NCBI GenBank assembly: GCA_963720785.1
Contig: CAVRGQ010000009.1
Location: 116,162-180,161 of the forward strand
Direction: 5' to 3'
Source: an uncultured Actinomycetes bacterium
Lineage (GTDB): Bacteria; Actinomycetota; Acidimicrobiia; IMCC26256; DASPTH01
DNA length: 64,000 bases
Each line of letters starts with the position of its first letter. Position 1 is the stretch's first letter. The position numbers and the translations under genes are program-made. The notes below the pieces were generated by a model that saw only the letters and a list, made by a program, of their open reading frames with translations, did no database searches and had not been told where the DNA came from. Of this stretch, positions 57,558 through 64,000 are shown in pieces.

Positions 57558-58736
57558 TCAGGCCACGAGCGCGATCGGCAGGCTCGACAGGCCGCGCACG
57601 TTGCTCGAGTACGCCCGTTGCATCGGCTGCATCAGTTCATACTCCGGGTAGCGCGCCAGCAACTCCTCGAACGCGATGCGCGTCTCGAGCCGGGCCAGCG
57701 CCGCGCCCACACACAGGTGGATGCCGAATCCGAACCCCACATGGCGCTCGATCTCGCGATGGACGTCGAAGAGCTCGGGCTCGGCGAACTCGCGCTCGTC
57801 GTGGTTCGCGGCGCCGGTGATCAGGACCACGCGTGACTCCGCGGGGATGGTGACCCCGTGCAGGGTCACGTCACGTTCGACCCAGCGGCCCTGGTAGTGC
57901 GACGGCGGGTCCCACCGGAGCATCTCCTCCACGGCGTTCGGGATGAGTGAAGGGTCGGCCACCAGCTCACGCCGCTGGTCGGGGTACCAGGCCAGCGCGA
58001 CGACGCCGTTGGCCACCAGCTTGGCGGTGGTCTCGTGCCCCGCGATCACGAGCTCGAGCACGCGGCTGACCACCTGCTGCTGGCTGAGGCGCAGCTCGCG
58101 GCCCTGGTCGTCGATGATGCTCGAGTGCAGCAGCAGCGAAGCGATGTCATCGCCGGGGTTGCGCACCTTGTCGTCGATCACCCCCGCGAGGACGCCCACG
58201 ATCGCACCCATGGCCTGAGCGGTCTCGTCGCTCACGTTGCCGCGCTCGTCGCCGTCGCTGCGGTCGAGCATGCGATCGGAGAGCCGGCGGAGCTCGGCCC
58301 GCACCTCTCTCGGCACGCCCAGCATCTCCGCGATCACCATCATCGGCAGGTGTGCGGAGAACTCGCCCACCACGTCGAGCTTGCCGCGCTCACGGGCGTC
58401 GTCGAGGACGCCCGCCGCGATCGCGCGGACGTTGGCCTCGAGATCGGCGATGGCCCGGGGCGTGAACAGCCGCGACACCATCTTGCGCTGCCACTGATGA
58501 TCGGGATCGTCGGTGGCGATGAGCACATCGGTGCCTTCCGGCATCTTCTCGATCGTCGGGCCGTGCTTCGAGATGAAGGTGGCGGCGTCCGTGTGCGCGG
58601 CGAGCACATCGTCCCACCGTGACAGCGCGTAGAAGCCGAGATCGGCGTTGTGGTAGACGGGCGCCTCGTCGCGCATCCACCGGTACGTCGGGTACGGGTT
58701 GGTCTGGACATCTCGGGCGAACGGGTTGTACTCCAC
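57558..58736 (-). CDS. Cytochrome P450 (paralog of 22147-23373)
   Basis: FGFGIHLCVGAALAR, AGHETT, EEMLRW. The N-terminus is colinear with the other P450 (PYPxxxxxRDEAPxYHNxxLGFYALSRxDDV). Confidence 0.9.
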   Translation of the reverse strand: MEYNPFARDVQTNPYPTYRWMRDEAPVYHNADLGFYALSRWDDVLAAHTDAATFISKHGPTIEKMPEGTDVLIATDDPDHQWQRKMVSRLFTPRAIADLEANVRAIAAGVLDDARERGKLDVVGEFSAHLPMMVIAEMLGVPREVRAELRRLSDRMLDRSDGDERGNVSDETAQAMGAIVGVLAGVIDDKVRNPGDDIASLLLHSSIIDDQGRELRLSQQQVVSRVLELVIAGHETTAKLVANGVVALAWYPDQRRELVADPSLIPNAVEEMLRWDPPSHYQGRWVERDVTLHGVTIPAESRVVLITGAANHDEREFAEPELFDVHREIERHVGFGFGIHLCVGAALARLETRIAFEELLARYPEYELMQPMQRAYSSNVRGLSSLPIALVA

Positions 58737-58747
58737 GGTGCTTCCCC

Positions 58748-59227
58748 TCAGGCGTATTCACCGCCCCAGGCGGGACCGCCCGGGACGTACTCGCACATTT
58801 CGATGCCCTGACCGTCGGGGTCGATGGCGAAGAACATCTTCACGCCGTGCACCTCGACCGGCGCGCCCGAGACCGGCACGCCACGCGCGACCAGCGCGGC
58901 GTGGGCGGCGGCCGCGTCGTCGACCTCCATCGAGAGCACGCGCAGGCCGAGCCCGGTGCCGGGCGGGCCCTGCGGCAAGAAGTTGAAGTCCATCAGCTCG
59001 ACACGCAGGCTGCCGATGCGACCGCCACAAGCCTGCCCGGCCGCGCCGGGCACGCCGGTGAGCTGCTCGAAGTTCTCCCCGCCCATCTGCTCGTCGAACA
59101 CCTGGGTCCAGCCGAACACGTCGCGGTAGAACTCGATCGAGCGTTCCATGTCGCTCACCGCGATCGAAACGTGCGACACGTCCTTCAGCGCGATCCCCGC
59201 CGGTGTGGTCGTCCCGTGCGCACCCAT
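58748..59227 (-). CDS. VOC (glyoxalase fold) family protein
   Basis: LKDVSHVSIAVSDMERSIEFYRDVFGW. ATG at 59227 (residue 17 of ORF 58748-59275). Confidence 0.7.
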   Translation of the reverse strand: MGAHGTTTPAGIALKDVSHVSIAVSDMERSIEFYRDVFGWTQVFDEQMGGENFEQLTGVPGAAGQACGGRIGSLRVELMDFNFLPQGPPGTGLGLRVLSMEVDDAAAAHAALVARGVPVSGAPVEVHGVKMFFAIDPDGQGIEMCEYVPGGPAWGGEYA

Positions 59228-59252
59228 CGCAACCTCCTCTACGATCCCGCCC

Positions 59253-60257
59253 ATGACCGACTCGCAGCCTTCCACACTTCCGTATGCCTCCTCCCCTGCG
59301 GTCGCCGCCTCCGGCGGCTACGCATTCGACCCCGAGCTCGCCGAGATGGCGACGCTGGTGGCCGGGCGGGGTGCCCCCACCGACGCGGTCGCGGCGCGGG
59401 AGGAGTCGGCCGCAATGTTCGCGGGGCTCCCCCAGCCCGACGTGACCGGCCTCGACATCGACAACCGCGCGATCCCCGGGCCGGCGGGTGATCCGCCCGT
59501 CACCGTGCGGGTGTACGTGCCGCACGAGCGCGCCGCCACCCCCACCCCCGCCATCCTCTACATCCACGGAGGCGGGTTCTTCGTGGGGTCGATCGACATG
59601 GAGCACAGCAGCTCGGCCACCCTCGCCCGCGAGCTCGGCGTGGTGGTCGTGTCCGTGGAGTACCGCCTTGCGCCGGAGCACCCCTACCCCGCGCCGCTGG
59701 AGGACTGCTACGCCGCACTGCAGTGGCTGCGCGGTGCGGCCGACGAGCTCGGCATCGACCCCGCTCGCATCGCGATCAACGGCGGCAGCGCGGGCGGCGG
59801 GCTCTCCGCCGGGCTCGCACTGCTCGCCCGCGACCGCGGCGGGCCGGCGATCTGCTTCCAGTACCTCGGCATCCCCGAGCTCGACGACCGCCTCGACACG
59901 CCGTCGATGCGCGCGTTCGTCGACACGCCGATGTGGTCGCGTCCCACGGCCGAGAAGAGCTGGGAGTGGTACCTCGGTGAGCTCTGGGGTTCCGACGACG
60001 TGCCCGCGTACGCATCGCCCGCGCGTGCCGAGGATCTCAGCGGTCTGCCGCCCGCGTACGTGTCGGTCATGGAGTTCGACCCGTTGCGCGACGAGGGCCT
60101 CGACTACGCGGTGCGCATGATCCGCGCCGGCGTTCCGGTCGAACTGCACCACTTTCCCGGCACGTTCCACGGTTCGGCGATGGTCGTGACGGCGGCGGTC
60201 AACCAGCGGGCCAACCTGGAGACGATGGCGGTGTGGCGCAAGGCCCTCGGGGTCTGA
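59253..60257 (+). CDS. Alpha/beta hydrolase, hormone-sensitive-lipase-type esterase
   Basis: Oxyanion motif HGGGF and nucleophile elbow GGSAGG. ATG at 59253. Confidence 0.85.
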   Translation: MTDSQPSTLPYASSPAVAASGGYAFDPELAEMATLVAGRGAPTDAVAAREESAAMFAGLPQPDVTGLDIDNRAIPGPAGDPPVTVRVYVPHERAATPTPAILYIHGGGFFVGSIDMEHSSSATLARELGVVVVSVEYRLAPEHPYPAPLEDCYAALQWLRGAADELGIDPARIAINGGSAGGGLSAGLALLARDRGGPAICFQYLGIPELDDRLDTPSMRAFVDTPMWSRPTAEKSWEWYLGELWGSDDVPAYASPARAEDLSGLPPAYVSVMEFDPLRDEGLDYAVRMIRAGVPVELHHFPGTFHGSAMVVTAAVNQRANLETMAVWRKALGV

Positions 60258-60274
60258 CGCCGCCGGCGCGTCGC

Positions 60275-61078
60275 TCACTCCGGCAGGGTGAGCGGCTTCC
60301 CCTCGGCGTCGCGACCGACCACGTAGGAGTCCGACCATCGATCACCGAGTCGTTGGTGACCGTTGGTCGATGTCGAGGTGATGAGGCCGCAGATGAACGC
60401 GGTCAGGGGGCCGTCGACGAGGAGGAGCGCCCAGCGAATCGTCGTGCGCCCGAGTCCGATCCGTCGCCCTTCGATGCTCACGACGCGCAGCCCGGTGAGC
60501 CACTTGCCCAGCGTGGCGCCGAGGAGTCGCTCCGCCACTGCCCAGTACACGAAGGTGAACACGACGAACGGGAAGCCCGGGTCGCCAGCACTGAGGTCGT
60601 ACCAGGTGTCGCCGATCCGGAACGTCGTGGGCCGCTCGCACGCCGACGGGTCGACGAACGTCTGGGGCTCGTCGCAGGAGGTCCGCTCGTTCAGTTCGCG
60701 GAGTGTGTAGCTCGGCGCGAGCGTCACGAGCAGGAGCAGCGCCACCGCGGTGCACACGGCCGCATCGATCAGGAACGCGACGACTCGGCGCGGGTACACG
60801 TCGGTCGGATCGGGGTCGGGATCGCGTGGCCACCGCCCGAACTGGGTGGACTGAAAGGCCGCGATCGGTCCGTCCGGCACGGGTTCGCGCACGCGCGCCG
60901 GCGCCTCCGGTTCAGATGAACCGACCACGTCGGTCACCGGTGGGATCAGCCCGAGTGGGTCGACCGTCGTGGGCCCGCCGTCGGCGACGTGGTCGGTCCA
61001 CTGCGTGCCGTCCCAGTAGCGGTGGAGATGGCGTCCCGTCGGGTCGGGCCACCACCCGGCGTCCGGGGGCACGGGCAT
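60275..61078 (-). CDS. DUF2510 N-terminal domain plus RDD family membrane protein
   Basis: GWWPDPTGRHLHRYWDGTQWTDHV, then a C-terminal RDD-type TM region (VVAFLIDAAV ... RIGLGRTTIRW). Confidence 0.75.
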   Translation of the reverse strand: MPVPPDAGWWPDPTGRHLHRYWDGTQWTDHVADGGPTTVDPLGLIPPVTDVVGSSEPEAPARVREPVPDGPIAAFQSTQFGRWPRDPDPDPTDVYPRRVVAFLIDAAVCTAVALLLLVTLAPSYTLRELNERTSCDEPQTFVDPSACERPTTFRIGDTWYDLSAGDPGFPFVVFTFVYWAVAERLLGATLGKWLTGLRVVSIEGRRIGLGRTTIRWALLLVDGPLTAFICGLITSTSTNGHQRLGDRWSDSYVVGRDAEGKPLTLPE

Positions 61079-61090
61079 TCCCCCAGTGCG

Positions 61091-62053
61091 TCAGCGACCG
61101 GGTGGCAGCGCCACGGGTTGGCCGGCATCCGCCTTGCCGACGACGTAGCTGTCGGCCGCCATGTCGCCAAGGCGACGATGGCCGCGCGACACCGACGACG
61201 TGATGATGCCGCACAGGAACAGCGTGATCGGCCCGTCCACCCACCACAACAGCCAGCGCAGCAGCGACCGGCCGATGCCGATGTGTCCGCCGTCGGGCCG
61301 CACGACGCGTATGCCCGTCATCAGCTTGCCGAGCGAGGCGCCCGCGAGTGCTTCGGGGAGGGCGAAGTAGAGCAGCGTGAAGAGCAGGAACAGCCCGAAC
61401 GTGGGGCCGATCTCCGCCTCGTACACGGTGTCGTTCACCCGGAACACGGCACGGTTGTCGCACTCGATCTGACGGTTCGAGTCGAAGGAGGAGCTGTTCA
61501 CCGCGTAATGGCAACCGGGGAGCGCGAGGGTCTCCGCCACGGTGCGCTGCGTCGCGAACGCCATGAACAGGATGATGAACGCCACGAGGCAGATGACCAG
61601 GTCGATGAAGAACGCGCCGTAGCGACGGCCCAGCACCGCGGTGGAGTCGCGGTTGGCGTACCAGTTCGTGGGCGCGTTCGTACCGGGGGGCGCAGACGCG
61701 ACGGGGGCACCGGGAGGCATCGGCTGTGGCGCGCCCGGCGCAATCCCCGGCGCCGGGGGCGGCGAGCTGCCCGGCGGCGCCCAGGCCGCCGGGGCGACGC
61801 CGGGAAGGGGCATGGTCGCCGGTGCGGGCGGGACATCGGGCGTCGGCGTCGGCGTCGGCGTGGGCGTGGGCGGCACGTCGGCGACCGGTTGCGTGGGCGC
61901 GGCCGGCACCGGCGGGACGTCGGCGACGGGCGGGTCGGTGGCGACGACGCCGTTGTCGGAGACCTGGTCGGTCCAGTCGTTGCCGTCCCAGTATCGGTAC
62001 TGGTGGCGGCCCGTCGGGTCGGCGGCCCAGCGCGGCGGGTTCTGCGGATCCAT
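61091..62053 (-). CDS. DUF2510 plus RDD family membrane protein, tandem paralog with a long Pro-rich linker
   Basis: WAADPTGRHQYRYWDGNDWTDQV, linker PTPTPTPTP..., RYGAFFIDLVICLV ... GIGRSLLRW. Confidence 0.75.
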   Translation of the reverse strand: MDPQNPPRWAADPTGRHQYRYWDGNDWTDQVSDNGVVATDPPVADVPPVPAAPTQPVADVPPTPTPTPTPTPDVPPAPATMPLPGVAPAAWAPPGSSPPPAPGIAPGAPQPMPPGAPVASAPPGTNAPTNWYANRDSTAVLGRRYGAFFIDLVICLVAFIILFMAFATQRTVAETLALPGCHYAVNSSSFDSNRQIECDNRAVFRVNDTVYEAEIGPTFGLFLLFTLLYFALPEALAGASLGKLMTGIRVVRPDGGHIGIGRSLLRWLLWWVDGPITLFLCGIITSSVSRGHRRLGDMAADSYVVGKADAGQPVALPPGR

Positions 62054-62121
62054 GAAGCACGCTCCCTGCGGAATTGCGAGAAGCGTGACAGGTCAGGGGG
62101 TGCGGTTGGTGGATCTCCGCG

Positions 62122-63845
62122 TCAGTGGCGCACGAGGCGCCGGACCAGACCGCCAGGACGGGCGCCGGTGTCGACACCTTCCCGCAGTGTGACCTCGCCG
62201 CTCACGATCGTGGCGATGTAGCCGTCGGCCTTCTGGACCACGCGTGGCGCGCCGGTCGGAAGGTCGTGCACCACCTCGGGGAGATGGAGCCGGAGGCGGG
62301 CGGCGTCGACCACGTTGAGATCGGCCTTCTTGCCCACCGCGATCACCCCGCGGTCGTGAAAGCCGTACAGCGCGGCCGGGCGGCCGGTCATCTTCGCCAC
62401 CGCGGCCTCGAGCGGGACGCGCGGGCCACGGGTGCGCTCGTGCACGAACCAACCGAGCAGCGACGTGTAGACGGACACGTCGCAGATCGAGCGCGACGTG
62501 CGCACCGCCGTCGGCGAGACCGATCACCGTGTCGGGGTGCACCACCATGTCGTGCACGTGGTCGAGGTTGCGGTTCGCGTACCCGCCGAGGGTGAACAGC
62601 ACCAGCTGCTTGCCGTCGCGTACGAGGAGCTGGTCGTAGAAGACCTCCTCGACCGTCGTGCCGGAGGCGGCGGCGATCGCGGCGACGCTGCTCGCCGGGT
62701 CGGGCTCGTAGTCCGGGGTGTCACCCATCGGGAAGGCCTTGTCGGGCATCCGGCACGCGAGGCGGCCGAGGCCGGTGACGGTCGGGTCGTCGAGGATGCG
62801 GCGGCGTCGCTCCGGGTCGGCGAGCGCGGCGACCTGCTCCGCGAGCGGGAGGCCGTCGATCTCGTCGTAGGCGGCGCGGCCCTGGAACACGTGCTTGGTG
62901 GTGAGGCCGAGCAGGATGCCGAGCGGCCGGCCGGCGACCTGCGCAGACACGTCGGCACCCTGCGCGCGGTGTTCCTCGATCCAGCCGAGGACGTCGCGCC
63001 ACAGGTCGGGTGCAGTGTCGACCTGGCTCAGGCACAGCGACACGGGCAGGCCGTGCGCGAGGGAGAAGCGGGCCGCGAGGTCCACGTCGGCGTGATAGCC
63101 GCCGGGAACCATGCCCATGCCCTCCGACGAGACGATCTCCAGCACACCGCCGCCGGCGCGGGCCATCGCCGCGCCGAGCGCGTCGAGCTCGGCGTCGTTG
63201 GCGAAGGTGCCCGGGACGGGGCGACCGTCCTTCGCGGTGTGCGACGCCAACCGGTTGGTGGAGAGACCGACCGCGCCGGCGCGCACCGACTCCTCCACGA
63301 GCTCGGCCATGCGAGCGAGCTCGTCGTCGGTGGGCTGCACGTCCTCCGCGCCGCGCTCGTCCATCACGTAGGTGCGCAGCGCGCCGTGGGGCACCTGCGC
63401 GGCGATGTCGAGGGAGCGAGGCATGCGGTCGAGGGCGTCGAGGTACTCGGGGAAGGTCTCCCACTCCCAGGTGATGCCCTCGTGGAGGGCGGTGCCGGGG
63501 ATGTCCTCCACGCCCTCCATCAGCTGCACGAGGTACTCGTGGCGGTCGCCGCGCACGGGCGCGAAGCCGACGCCACAGTTGCCGAGCACCGCGGTGGTGA
63601 CGCCGTGCCACGACGACGGCGTGAGCGTCTCGTCCCAGCTCGCCTGGCCGTCGTAGTGGGTGTGCACGTCGACGAAGCCGGGCGTGACGAGCGCGCCGTC
63701 GCGCGTCGATCTCCTCCCGGCCGGTGTCGCCGACCGTGCCGACCGCGACGATCACGCCGCCGTCGATCGCGACGTCGGCCGTGAACGCCGGCGCGCCGGT
63801 GCCGTCGACCACTGTGCCGCCCCGGATCACCAGATCGTGCGTCAT
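62122..63845 (-). pseudogene. D-aminoacylase family amidohydrolase, third paralog. Frame broken near 63697 and 62488.
   Basis: MTHDLVIRGGTVVDGTG (62721-63845 frame) / [15 protein letters not shown]...GLADGGAHV (62093-63667 frame) / ICDVSVYTSLLGWFVHERTRG...GKKADLNVVD (62122-62505 frame). Confidence 0.75.
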
Positions 63846-63866
63846 CGCTCCCCCAGCGCTCGTTGA

Positions 63867-64000
63867 CTAGCTGTCGGTGCGCAGGAGCGCGCCCTGGCTG
63901 TTGAAGAAGAAGCCGCCGGGCGTGACCAACGCGGTGCGGGCGCCGTCGACCTGGCGCTCTCCCGCCTCGCCCCGCAACTGCACGACCGCTTCGCGGATGT
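63867..64000 (-). CDS. C-terminal end of a thiolase-like / lipid-transfer protein (partial, runs off the right edge)
   Basis: Hand translation IREAVVQLRGEAGERQVDGARTALVTPGGFFFNSQGALLRTDS, stop at 63867-63869. Confidence 0.5.
   Translation of the reverse strand, partial: IREAVVQLRGEAGERQVDGARTALVTPGGFFFNSQGALLRTDS

Noticed and set aside
1-64000. Frame breaks as programmed ribosomal frameshifts.
   Set aside because: The sites inspected share no slippery-heptamer-like pattern. The breaks go in both directions and hit unrelated gene families, so indel errors or decay explain them better.

Overview
A 64 kb, very GC-rich chromosomal segment (about 70 percent by eye, not computed) that looks like Actinomycetota. 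Markers are an AftD-like arabinofuranosyltransferase, a mycothiol-type DinB/MDMPI protein, F420-type luciferase-like oxidoreductases and a DUF222-HNH gene. All family calls rest on motif recognition in the supplied translations; no searches were run. Layout: (1) 1-4136, three cell-envelope GT-C / DUF2142 membrane proteins. (2) 4156-12632, a universal stress protein, then a complete, tightly overlapped monoderm-type Tad/Flp pilus operon on the minus strand (cpaB, tadZ, tadA, tadB, tadC, flp, two tadE-like, a tadG-like, and one uncharacterised secreted protein), with a divergent small HTH gene. (3) 13250-60257, a large acyl-CoA / lipid-type catabolic island. It holds five family III CoA-transferases, eight SDRs, four SnoaL-like proteins, two P450s, enoyl-CoA hydratase, MaoC hydratase, a DUF35-thiolase fusion, an acyl-CoA dehydrogenase, two LLM oxidoreductases, two D-aminoacylase-type amidohydrolases (a third lies in part 4), TetR/IclR regulators and a DrrAB-like exporter. 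Within this span sit a DUF222-HNH gene, an ACAD / cytoplasmic PhnD-fold / di-iron module, and a cytochrome c lipoprotein cluster. (4) 60275-64000, two tandem DUF2510-RDD paralogs, a third amidohydrolase and a partial thiolase-like gene. No rRNA, tRNA, CRISPR array, transposase or integrase was seen. At least 25 genes can only be read by joining ORFs across single-base frame shifts, several of them in G/C runs. Either the assembly carries indel errors or there is real gene decay, so coordinates of disrupted genes are approximate. Most worth a second look: the extra terminal gene of the tad operon, the ACAD/PhnD-fold/di-iron operon, a perfect 60 bp tandem duplication, and palindromic operator arrays at the IclR and TetR genes.
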